From Candidatus Tayloriibacteriota bacterium (GTDB taxonomy: Bacteria; Patescibacteriota; Minisyncoccia; Phycocordibacterales; HO2-43-120): a DNA stretch of 64,000 nucleotides. Below are positions 30,385 through 39,781 of this stretch, one piece after another. Numbering within the stretch: the first letter of the stretch is position 1; every line of letters begins with the position of its first letter. The position numbers and the translations under genes are program-made. The DNA lies in NCBI GenBank assembly GCA_039934295.1, contig JBDTMN010000001.1, positions 38,091 to 102,090 on the forward strand. The letters run 5' to 3'. Under the pieces are notes generated by a model that was not told the DNA's origin, did no database searches, and saw only the letters and a list, made by a program, of their open reading frames with translations.

Positions 30385-31344
30385 GTGAAAAAGAAGAAAA
30401 AGAAACAACCGACAAAGTTAGGAGCCAAAACCATCATAATGCTCGCACTCTTTGGCGTTCTTACAGCTCTCTTCGCGGTGTTTATAAATGGTCCCGTTGA
30501 TTACCGAACAGCAAAAACTCCGGATGACAACCTGCGTCTTCTCAAGGTGCGCTATTTTGAAGAGAAAGCGAACAACGTTGACCACTGGTGGCTCGAGAGG
30601 GTGCCAGGTTCGAGGGAACAGGGGGCACTGCACGAGATTGTGAGCAATAGACTCTCTCTCGTGCACGAAGTCATCAATCGATATCAATCAGTCTCACCGT
30701 TTGCCGAAGAGGTAAGTAGGCACTTCCAGACGTTTTATGTCACTTTAGCGATTGACGGGCGCAGTTCAGTTGCCGTAATGAGCGATGTGGAAATAAAACT
30801 CATCGGCAAAGCGCCGGAATTGACCTTTATCGCAAAAGATCGCGTATCGCAAATGGACGCTCCGTTTTCAATCTATTGGAGGAGCGACTGGGGTATGATG
30901 ATGCACGCGGTTGATCATCCGCCGGCAGTATTTGCCGGATTCCTTTACCACGAACTTGGTCATGGATACCTCCATCCGGTTCGCGAAGATACGAAATTCC
31001 ATGACCCTGCATCGCGCGAGTATATTCTTGAAGAATGCCAAATGCATGGTCTTGAGACGTTGGTCAATGACAAGGCATCAGGCGGGAAATTCAAAATGGC
31101 GATTGGGCGGATTCTAGAGAGGTGCCCAAAAGCCGTTTCGGCGCGGGAAGCAGTAACCGCGATTGATTCTCGCGCTCTCAGAGAGCTCGACCTGTCCCTT
31201 GACGCTAGTGGTGCTGGCATTGAGACTGCCCAGTCCCTCTTCGCTCAATACTTGATGGCTATCGGCCTTGAATTTATTGCGTCCCATAATCAGGGAGATG
31301 AGGAGAAGGTCGCCCTGTTTCAATGGGTTCAGACGATTCTATAG
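30385..31344 (+). CDS. membrane-anchored protein with HExxH zinc-metallopeptidase-like motif
   Basis: TM after a basic N-terminus; YHELGHG with downstream EE; followed by a terminator. Confidence 0.65.
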   Translation: MKKKKKKQPTKLGAKTIIMLALFGVLTALFAVFINGPVDYRTAKTPDDNLRLLKVRYFEEKANNVDHWWLERVPGSREQGALHEIVSNRLSLVHEVINRYQSVSPFAEEVSRHFQTFYVTLAIDGRSSVAVMSDVEIKLIGKAPELTFIAKDRVSQMDAPFSIYWRSDWGMMMHAVDHPPAVFAGFLYHELGHGYLHPVREDTKFHDPASREYILEECQMHGLETLVNDKASGGKFKMAIGRILERCPKAVSAREAVTAIDSRALRELDLSLDASGAGIETAQSLFAQYLMAIGLEFIASHNQGDEEKVALFQWVQTIL

Positions 31345-31377
31345 TAAGAGTCCATACGGCATACCCAACAGACCAAC

Positions 31378-31410
31378 AAACCGATGAACAAACGTTCCTC
31401 GGTTTTTTTT
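31378..31410 (+). terminator. Rho-independent terminator
   Basis: aaaccga...tcggttt stem followed by a T-run. Confidence 0.65.
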
Positions 31411-31444
31411 ATTTTTTTGTACGTAGCTACTTAAGTATAAGTAT

Positions 31445-31478
31445 TATCATTCCACCATTCGGGCGAATGGTGGAATAA
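31445..31478. repeat. 34-bp palindrome, left copy flanking the alpha/beta hydrolase
   Basis: tatcattccaccattcgggcgaatggtggaataa; near-identical copy at 32418..32451. Confidence 0.85.
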
Positions 31479-31561
31479 GGGAATAGATGCGAGATACCTA
31501 GACTTAATTTGACTAATCTGATAGTTTTTCATCAGTTAACAATTCAAAAGAGGAGGTAAAG

Positions 31562-32323
31562 ATGTTCGGCATCATTGACAGATTTTATGCATTTCGAAAA
31601 TGCAGGAAGGGTTATTTCAAACCGCCCAAAAGTTGGAAGCCAGAGATCATTCTTTATGATGAAAAACCGACGAGCTGGTTCTGTTTCGTCCCGAGCATTG
31701 TCAGCAAAAATTTATACTTGAGGAAGGGGCTACTTCCAAGAGAAGGCACAGTTTATGTTTACACGATTTCCTCGTTCAACTTGATAAAGCAGGACCCGCT
31801 TGAGACGCTTCATGGATTGAATGAAATTTATTCAGAGGCGGTTGGACCGATGGAGGTCGCAAGAGACCAACGGGGACATGCCATAAAGATACTCGGAATC
31901 AGTCTCGGGAATGTCTTTGGGGTTCGATTGGCCAGTCAAGCCGGACTATCGCTCCAAAAAATAGTTTCGCTTGTCGGGGGCGGACGGCTGGGAATATCGG
32001 CATGGGATAGTATCCTCACCGGCCACATTGTTAAAAGGTCAGGGCTTCGGAATGCGGAGGAGTATGAGGAGAAAGTATCCTCGTTCAGTCCGATACGCTC
32101 TATTGCAGGGTTACCGAAATTTGATGTCAACATTTGTCTCGGCACGAATGACATGTTGATACGATACCATCATGGTATTGAATTGGCTGATTCATTCAAG
32201 AAACAGCAGGAAAGTATAGGTGGGCGCTTGCATTGTACCGTCTACCCCGGTGCCGACCATGGAAGCACGATGTTCCTCGTTGCAGGGCGAAATATTCTAA
32301 GTCACGCCTTAAAGTATCGGTGA
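31562..32323 (+). CDS. alpha/beta-hydrolase fold protein
   Basis: GISLG nucleophile elbow, GTND acid, PGADH His; AGGAGG RBS. Confidence 0.8.
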   Translation: MFGIIDRFYAFRKCRKGYFKPPKSWKPEIILYDEKPTSWFCFVPSIVSKNLYLRKGLLPREGTVYVYTISSFNLIKQDPLETLHGLNEIYSEAVGPMEVARDQRGHAIKILGISLGNVFGVRLASQAGLSLQKIVSLVGGGRLGISAWDSILTGHIVKRSGLRNAEEYEEKVSSFSPIRSIAGLPKFDVNICLGTNDMLIRYHHGIELADSFKKQQESIGGRLHCTVYPGADHGSTMFLVAGRNILSHALKYR

Positions 32324-32417
32324 TCTTCGGCTCAAGCGTAGCATGAAAACATGTCACGCTTTTTTATTAGATTGTCAGAAATCTTGATCGTTCATAACTC
32401 ACTCAGTTTAGGTAGAA

Positions 32418-32451
32418 TATCATTCCACCATTCGCGCGAATGGTGGAATAA
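32418..32451. repeat. 34-bp palindrome, right copy
   Basis: tatcattccaccattcgcgcgaatggtggaataa (1 mismatch to the left copy). Confidence 0.85.
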
Positions 32452-32561
32452 ACAGGTTACAAGAATGAGTTAAGCGCTAAACTATCTTTGTGCTACTATG
32501 GGGTTGCTGATGGAATTTCAGTGAAGCCGGAAGCTGGAATTGACATCGTTAATTTTTTTAT

Positions 32562-33503
32562 TTGATGAAAAATCTGGATAAATGTTTGAATAAACGCTCG
32601 CTTGTCATAGGCGGATTTGTATTCGCAACGATTGTGGGTGCTTTTATTTTCTGGCCTCATGAAGTAGCTCCTCAACCTCAAACGTATTTCACGGTCAATC
32701 GCGGGGACTCCGTTTTTCAAGTGGCGAACAATTTGAAGCAGGCGCGATTGATTTACGGACGGGCACGGTTCGTTTTCCCCCTTTTATTGTCGGGCAAGTT
32801 CAGGGAGATTAAGGCGGGGAAATATTTAATTCCCGCGGGGGAGGATGAAAGCGGTATCGCGGAATTATTGGTTAGGGGCAAGACTGCGCCAGTTGCGATT
32901 ACCGTTATTCCCGGGTTTACCGTAAATGATATTGCAAGGTTATTAAGTCGCGCAGGCGTAGCCAAATCGGATGAATTTTTGCGCCTCACCATGCCAAGCG
33001 AAAGCAAGGTCGGCTTGGAGGGGTATCTGTATCCCGATACATATTTGTTTGAAAGCGGAGAGTCAACTGAAAAAATAGTGAAGACCATGACGGATAATTT
33101 TCACCTTCACTTTTCTCCAGACCTCACGGGGAAGTCTCAGAAACGCAGTCTCGAGGAGGTTGTGATCATGGCTTCAATTTTGGAAAAAGAAGTTAAAACG
33201 CCAGAGGACAAGAAAATGGTTGCAGGAATTCTTTGGAAACGCCTCGACTACAAACTACCCCTTCAGGTTGACAGCACCGGCAATTATTTCTTGACTCGCC
33301 AGACAAAACTTGAGTATAATACGTATGAATTCGTGGGTTTGCCTTTTGGCCCCATTTGCAATCCAAGTCTTGCCAGTTTGGAAGCCGCTCTCGATCCCAC
33401 AGAGAGCCCTTTCTGGTACTACTTGAGCGCCTTGGATGGGCATACAATCTACAGTCATACTTTAGGAGAACATCTTATAAATAAAGCAAAATATCTGGAG
33501 TGA
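32562..33503 (+). CDS. mltG: endolytic transglycosylase MltG (YceG family)
   Basis: LEGYLYPDTY, MASILEKEV, LQVDS, YNTY..GLPFGPICNP. Confidence 0.9.
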   Translation: MMKNLDKCLNKRSLVIGGFVFATIVGAFIFWPHEVAPQPQTYFTVNRGDSVFQVANNLKQARLIYGRARFVFPLLLSGKFREIKAGKYLIPAGEDESGIAELLVRGKTAPVAITVIPGFTVNDIARLLSRAGVAKSDEFLRLTMPSESKVGLEGYLYPDTYLFESGESTEKIVKTMTDNFHLHFSPDLTGKSQKRSLEEVVIMASILEKEVKTPEDKKMVAGILWKRLDYKLPLQVDSTGNYFLTRQTKLEYNTYEFVGLPFGPICNPSLASLEAALDPTESPFWYYLSALDGHTIYSHTLGEHLINKAKYLE

Positions 33504-36500
33504 TTTTCATGAACAGAAAAAGATTGATTTTTGTGGCACTGGCGCTCGTTATTGTCGTCGGGGGCTTTTTCTACTTGCGCTCATCTCCGATTTTTCATCC
33601 CCCTCAAAACTATGAAGCGGCATATCGCCTTGTGCCCGAGAAAGTTTCTCGCTCGGCGGCGATTATGGTTCAGATTCCGAATGCCACAACTACCGATTTT
33701 GCGAGTCTCTCACAGAGTGTGAGTTTCGACCCGGCGATAAAAGGGGAATGGTTGAAAGAGAGAAACGGTTCTTTTGTCCCAGTAGCCAATGCCGCGGAGA
33801 AAATTCAGACACTTTACTTTCAGCCCGCTCGCGCACTTGATACGAATAAGCATTACGCGGTCGCGGTGAATATCGGCGGACAAATATTGCGCTCCGATTT
33901 TTTCGTGGTCGCTGATCCTGAAGTGCTTGCAATACTGCCTGCAGGCGACGACGAAGTTTTGCCTAACACTAAGATTAGCGTTGTCTTCAATCGTCCCATG
34001 GTTCCGCTCGGTCGTCTCGACCAATTTGTCTCGGACACTCCTCCGATTTCCGTGAAGCCGGCCACCCCCGGTCGTTTCAAATGGATTAGCACGAACACGT
34101 TGCAATTTATTCCCACCGACGCCCTTATTTCCTCGGCTCACTATACTGTAAGCGTAGGAAGCGGTCTCGTCTCGATGGAGGGCATACCTGTTAAGCCTCG
34201 TGATTCTACTTTTAGCACGTATCACTTGGGTTATTATTCTGGGGCGCAGGATTATCAGGCGTCGGCGGTTCGCGGTTACAATCAACCGTTTCTCATTCGC
34301 TTCAATCAGCCGGTTGACCTTGCGAAAACCGCTCAAGAGATTTCCATCAGTGACGGAGAGAAAAGAATTCCTTTTACCGCAAAGTTTGGACAAGTTTTGA
34401 GCACTGACGCCAAACAGGGCGCGAGTCGGGAAGACGAGACTACAATCGCGCTCTATCCGGCGGGAGCCAGAAATTGGGAGCCAGGGCGCAACTACCAAGT
34501 TGCTATAAATAAAGCGTATCCTGCGTCTGGAGGCGATATCGCCCTTACTGAATCGCAAACATTTTCTTATTCCGTTGACGATATTATTAAGGAAATTCAA
34601 GTTTCTTCGCCACGAACTTTCGAGTCGAGTGTTGCGCGATTTGACCCGACCGGCACTTTGATTCTCAATTTTTATGAGGACATTGACCTCGGCAAAAGCC
34701 AGATTCAAGGTGCGCAAGTTGCAAACGTGGTATATGGAGAGAAGTGTCAGACTGACGCTCTCGAATGCGTGAAGGTGGCGGACCAGTCGCAAGTAATAGT
34801 GTCCTTCAAGAGTAACAGTAGTAAGCCGGGGGATAAAATTCAAGTCGCGCTTAACAACATCACTTCGCGAAGTGGAGCATTGCTTTCCCGCGCGGAGCAC
34901 ATTGACCTTACTGTTTTTCCGCCACTCGTAATCTTCAAAGTGGGTAGTAAAGATAGTTTAGGAAGCGTGAGCGTCTGCTCCAATAATCCGCTTGCAAAAC
35001 CCGCCGACGATAAGCCCGCTATCGAGTCCACCCCCGAGGTTAGCGATCAGGGATGGGGAGGCTCATACTTTTTGTCGAACCAGGCGAGCTCGGACTGTGC
35101 GGTTGGACAATTTCAAACTTCGCTTTCCGGCGCGCTTCTTCCGAGCCAGATTTACAATCTCAAAACTCATTTTGTAGATGTCTTTGGTGGAGTAGCTGAT
35201 GGCGCGTATTCTTTTACTAGTCGGGCGATTCGCGCGGAAGATTATGATTTGCAAAGCTTTCAAGATTTTGAAGCCGTAACCACTCCCGAGAAGACTAAAC
35301 TAACCTATGCCGCCAAATATCTCCGGGAAGTAACCGCAACTGTTTGCAAATTGAGCGCTCTCTCTTATTTTCAGGCCCAAAATGCTTCGAGAGATGCCGC
35401 ACTCCCTTCGTGTGAGCAAAGCGTGAGCAAGACAATTCCACTTCCTACCGAGACATCGGGGAAGGTTTCATTCACCCTCGACATCAAAGATTTTTATCCC
35501 AATCCGGTCGGGAATTTTGTCGTCTCTCTCGACAGTCCGCTCTTAAAAAAATCGGATAGTGAAGGCGAGCGATTTCCTACCCGCAACTTTGTCTCTGTCA
35601 CCAATTTGATAGTTACCGAGAAGAGTATTACTCCGCTCGCTCAAAATGAATACGAATCCCTTACTTTGAGGGGTGACCAACTGGGGAGTTTGCAAAATAT
35701 GTATTGGGTGATAGATGCGGGAACACGCATTCCGATTGCCGGAGCAACGGTAAATCTCTATCGCAAAGGCGCGGTTGTAGGGAGTGCCGTCACCAACACG
35801 GAAGGCGTCGCATTTCTTACTCCGGTTATAGGTGCTGATGTGGCGATTGCCTTTTACGGAGCTGACAGCAGTATTATTTCCGGAGACAATAATCGGCTCA
35901 ATTACGCGCAGTCCGCGGCAAATATTAAGCATCTCTATCTCTATACCGATAAGCCTCTGTATCGGCCGGGGCAGGAAATTAATCTCAAAGGGTATTACCG
36001 TCTCGGGTATGACGGCTTTTACGAAGCACCTGTGGGGCAGAGTCTCACCTTGAATGTGTATGACTCGGCGGATACGATAATTAAAACTGAAAATCTGACC
36101 ACAAAGGGCTTCGGCTCAATCAACACGAGTTTTGTTCTTGACCCTTCGGTTGCGCTCGGCTCGTATCGGGCATGTGTCGCCAATCAGTGTAGCTATTTCG
36201 AGGTTTTAAATTATGCTCCGGCCGCCTTCAAAGTGACTATGAAAACGAAGAGCGACGAACTATTAATGGGAGAACAGCCTGAAGTGAATATCAAAGCCGA
36301 GTATTATTTCGGGGTGCCTCTCTCCGTGGCGTCGGTGAAGTACCGAACGTTGAGCCAATACTATTACTTCGATAAGTACACAAAAGAATATTTCAATTTT
36401 AACAATTTGTCGGATGATGTTAACGGCGACAGTTTTTATTACGGCGACAAATATATTGGAAGTGGCACGGCGACACTAGACGATGAAGGCGTTGCCACGC

Positions 36501-39500
36501 TCAAGCCCGACCTCAAGAGTATTTCCTCGGAAGGGAATGCAACCAGCAAAATTATTATTGTTGACGCCACGGTTGAGAATCAGCAGGGTCACAGCATCGG
36601 CTCTCAAGCGTCTTTCGTTCTGCACGCGGCACCGGTGTATCTCGGCAGTAAAATTGACGAGTCCTTCGTGGCTTCGGGCGCGCCGGTGACGCTTAAATTG
36701 AAGTCAGTCAAATCAAATGGAGAAGTCACTTCGTTTGGCAAAATTAAGGTTGACGTGTACCGCGTCAATTGGGTCTCGACCAAGCGTGATCGCGGTTTGG
36801 GGGAGTTTGATTACTCCTGGGAGCGCATGCGCGAGCTTGTGAAGACTGAATATCCGAGCACCGACGGCAATGGCGACGCGAGTTTGAATCTCACGATTAC
36901 GGGCGAAGGAGAGTATGAGGCAGAGGTCAGGGCTTCAAGTGGTAGGGCGGTAGGCAGTCGCTCCTGGTTTTATCTCTATGGCGGGGGAAATGTCTCGGTG
37001 CGTGGAAATGACGATGAAACCAGTCTTGAGCTAGTGACGGATAAAGAGGACCTTAAGCTCGGGGACACCGGAGAGATTTTGATTAAGATGCCGGAAGGGT
37101 CTGCCAAGGCACTGGTTACCATTGAGCGAGGCAAGATATTCGAGTACCAAGTCATTGATATTGTAGGCTCGCTTACCCGTTATCAATTTCCGGTCGTCGG
37201 CAACTATTATCCAAATGTGTACGTAAGCGTGGTGGCGTACGCCCCCGGTCGCACCGTGCGCTTCGGCAGTCAGAGCTTTACGGTCGCGAGCGGGCAAAAG
37301 AAAATTAATCTCTCGATTGAGAGCGATAAAAAATCATATAACCCCGGAGACCCTGTTACCCTTGCATTGAATGCCACCGATGAGAGTGGTCGCGGGGTGG
37401 TGGCAGAGACGTCGCTTGCAGTTGTGGACATGAGCGTTTTGGCACTCCGCGGTAATCCCAAGAAAGACCCGCTCTCCGAATTTTACGGTCATGTGCCACT
37501 TACGGTGCAAACATATTCAAATTTCAAAAATCTGCTGAAGCAAATTAAACTGGATGAAGGCGGAAAGGGCGGAAGCGGGAGCGGTAGTAGTTCAACCGGC
37601 GAGAAGCGCAGAGGCGTCTTCAAGGAAGTCGCGTTCTGGAAGTCAAATATTGTGACCGACAATGCGGGACATGCTGTCGTCAAATTTACTTTGCCGGACA
37701 ATCTCACCACGTGGCAAGGAGAGGCGGTGGCAATGACCGGGGACAGCAAGGTGGGAGTGGCTTATAACGAATTTACCACCAATAAACTGCTCATGGTGGA
37801 TCAGTTGAGGCCGAGGTTCGTCGTTGTCGGCGACCAATTTTCTCTCGGAGCCACGATTTTCAATCAAAGCGAGAAAGACTTTTCTGGCACAGTAAGCGTA
37901 AGCGCGCCCGCGCTCACGCTTATGCCGGGTTCGGTCGCGTCAAAATCTCTGTCACTTAAAGCTGGCGCTTCGATGACGCTGTATTGGCCGATGAAGTTGC
38001 CTTCCGACAGCTCAATAACGAAAATCAATTACTCAATAAACGCGAATGGCTCCGGTCTCTCCGATATCGTTGACGACAGTTTTCCCGTCCATTCGGATTC
38101 GTCCTACGAGGTTACAGCCACCGCGGGGCAAACCGAAACCTCTCAAACGGAAGTGATTTACGTTCCCGATTCGGTACGTGCAGGCGTTGGTGGGGTAACG
38201 ATGCGGAGCTCGGCGACCTTGGCGATATTTTTGCCGGAGGCGGTGAAATTCCTTGTTGACTATCCCTATGGATGCACCGAGCAAATCGCAAGTCGCATAC
38301 GAGGGGTGGCGCTCTACAAGCAGGCGATTGCGCTTCCAAATGTAACATCCGCTAAAGCGCCGACGATTACCTACAATGATAGAGAGTACTCCCTCGATGA
38401 ATTAGTAAACGAGGGGCTCAAGTCTATCTATGCTCGGCAAAATTCAGATGGTGGTTTTGACTTGTGGGCGGGCGACAGGCAGTCGAGCTACTCCGCCACC
38501 TTGGAAGCAGTCAATACATTTTCGACACTTAGCAGTGCAGGCTACTCGGTAAACGCTGATGCATGGAGTAAGGCCGCCACATATTTGTATACATACTATA
38601 GGGATCCAAAAAATGTTGCGCGTTTTGATTCTGGTGATATTGTCGCGCTTGCCGAAGCGCTCTTTACTCGGGCAGAATTTAGAAATAATGTGGGAATCAG
38701 TCAGGATCTTTCTCGCGAGATAGAGCAGTCTCTTAAAGATAAAAAAATTGACAGCGGTCGGCTTTTGAATATGGGACTCTTATTGCGCCGATACCAGCTC
38801 TTCCCATCCTTCGCCTCGCAGATTGACAAAATGCTTGCTAACAGGCTCGTGATTGATTCGCGAGGCGCCTTTCTCGACGGTTCCGGAAATTATTTTGGTT
38901 TTGCAAATGACAACGCTGTGAGCAACACTGCTCGATACATTTCGCTTCTTACCCTTGAGCGCGATAAAGGTGTCGAATTGCCGAACCTCCTGCGATGGCT
39001 CACGGCCTCTCGCGAGAGAGATGGAGCATGGGGCTCGACGCAATACACGCTCGATGCCATAACTGCAATCACAAATTATTTGAACTGGCAGGAGGAAACC
39101 AAGTCAACATTTACTCTGGAGCGTCGTGTCAATGACAAAGTGATTGACCAGTTTGCTTTTACTCCAGAAACAATCATGACGCAGGTTACTAAATTCTTGC
39201 CGTTAAGCGAATTTAATTTTGGAGGCTTGAACACCGTTTCGTTTGGGAAGTCGAGTGCGAGTGCTAACAACAAGGGCAACATTTATTATGACCTCGCTTT
39301 CAAGTATTACTTGCCGGCGGGTACTTTACCCCCTCGGGATGAGGGCATAGCGGTGAAGCGCAATTTCTACACTCTTTCTGACACGGCGTCCGAGAAGCCG
39401 GTCTCAAATGCCGCGATTGGCGAGGTGGTGCGGGAGCATTTGGAGATTACCGTGCCGGTAACGAGGCGTCAGGTGGTGCTCGAAGATTTTATTCCCGCAG

Positions 39501-39781
39501 GTACTGAAATTGTGGACACCAGTCTCGCAACCGAAGACCAAACCTTGAAGGACGTTTCGCAAGAGGTCAAAAATCCTAGGCTTATGCCCAATCATCAGGA
39601 ACTTCGCGACGACCGAGCCGCTCTCTTTATGGACGAACTTTCGCCTGGCACTTACGAGTTTGATTATTTTGTCCGAGCCTTGATTCCGGGGACGTATCTG
39701 CAACTGCCTGCGCAAGTTTCCGAAATGTATAACCCGGAGAACTTCGGCCGCACCGGAGCGTCGCTATTCACTATTCAGTAA
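33500..39781 (+). CDS. bacterial alpha-2-macroglobulin
   Basis: YTDKPLYRPGQ, LAVVD, FTLPDNLTTW, thioester YPYGCTEQ, EDFIPAG, SEMYNPE. Confidence 0.92.
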   Translation: MIFMNRKRLIFVALALVIVVGGFFYLRSSPIFHPPQNYEAAYRLVPEKVSRSAAIMVQIPNATTTDFASLSQSVSFDPAIKGEWLKERNGSFVPVANAAEKIQTLYFQPARALDTNKHYAVAVNIGGQILRSDFFVVADPEVLAILPAGDDEVLPNTKISVVFNRPMVPLGRLDQFVSDTPPISVKPATPGRFKWISTNTLQFIPTDALISSAHYTVSVGSGLVSMEGIPVKPRDSTFSTYHLGYYSGAQDYQASAVRGYNQPFLIRFNQPVDLAKTAQEISISDGEKRIPFTAKFGQVLSTDAKQGASREDETTIALYPAGARNWEPGRNYQVAINKAYPASGGDIALTESQTFSYSVDDIIKEIQVSSPRTFESSVARFDPTGTLILNFYEDIDLGKSQIQGAQVANVVYGEKCQTDALECVKVADQSQVIVSFKSNSSKPGDKIQVALNNITSRSGALLSRAEHIDLTVFPPLVIFKVGSKDSLGSVSVCSNNPLAKPADDKPAIESTPEVSDQGWGGSYFLSNQASSDCAVGQFQTSLSGALLPSQIYNLKTHFVDVFGGVADGAYSFTSRAIRAEDYDLQSFQDFEAVTTPEKTKLTYAAKYLREVTATVCKLSALSYFQAQNASRDAALPSCEQSVSKTIPLPTETSGKVSFTLDIKDFYPNPVGNFVVSLDSPLLKKSDSEGERFPTRNFVSVTNLIVTEKSITPLAQNEYESLTLRGDQLGSLQNMYWVIDAGTRIPIAGATVNLYRKGAVVGSAVTNTEGVAFLTPVIGADVAIAFYGADSSIISGDNNRLNYAQSAANIKHLYLYTDKPLYRPGQEINLKGYYRLGYDGFYEAPVGQSLTLNVYDSADTIIKTENLTTKGFGSINTSFVLDPSVALGSYRACVANQCSYFEVLNYAPAAFKVTMKTKSDELLMGEQPEVNIKAEYYFGVPLSVASVKYRTLSQYYYFDKYTKEYFNFNNLSDDVNGDSFYYGDKYIGSGTATLDDEGVATLKPDLKSISSEGNATSKIIIVDATVENQQGHSIGSQASFVLHAAPVYLGSKIDESFVASGAPVTLKLKSVKSNGEVTSFGKIKVDVYRVNWVSTKRDRGLGEFDYSWERMRELVKTEYPSTDGNGDASLNLTITGEGEYEAEVRASSGRAVGSRSWFYLYGGGNVSVRGNDDETSLELVTDKEDLKLGDTGEILIKMPEGSAKALVTIERGKIFEYQVIDIVGSLTRYQFPVVGNYYPNVYVSVVAYAPGRTVRFGSQSFTVASGQKKINLSIESDKKSYNPGDPVTLALNATDESGRGVVAETSLAVVDMSVLALRGNPKKDPLSEFYGHVPLTVQTYSNFKNLLKQIKLDEGGKGGSGSGSSSTGEKRRGVFKEVAFWKSNIVTDNAGHAVVKFTLPDNLTTWQGEAVAMTGDSKVGVAYNEFTTNKLLMVDQLRPRFVVVGDQFSLGATIFNQSEKDFSGTVSVSAPALTLMPGSVASKSLSLKAGASMTLYWPMKLPSDSSITKINYSINANGSGLSDIVDDSFPVHSDSSYEVTATAGQTETSQTEVIYVPDSVRAGVGGVTMRSSATLAIFLPEAVKFLVDYPYGCTEQIASRIRGVALYKQAIALPNVTSAKAPTITYNDREYSLDELVNEGLKSIYARQNSDGGFDLWAGDRQSSYSATLEAVNTFSTLSSAGYSVNADAWSKAATYLYTYYRDPKNVARFDSGDIVALAEALFTRAEFRNNVGISQDLSREIEQSLKDKKIDSGRLLNMGLLLRRYQLFPSFASQIDKMLANRLVIDSRGAFLDGSGNYFGFANDNAVSNTARYISLLTLERDKGVELPNLLRWLTASRERDGAWGSTQYTLDAITAITNYLNWQEETKSTFTLERRVNDKVIDQFAFTPETIMTQVTKFLPLSEFNFGGLNTVSFGKSSASANNKGNIYYDLAFKYYLPAGTLPPRDEGIAVKRNFYTLSDTASEKPVSNAAIGEVVREHLEITVPVTRRQVVLEDFIPAGTEIVDTSLATEDQTLKDVSQEVKNPRLMPNHQELRDDRAALFMDELSPGTYEFDYFVRALIPGTYLQLPAQVSEMYNPENFGRTGASLFTIQ

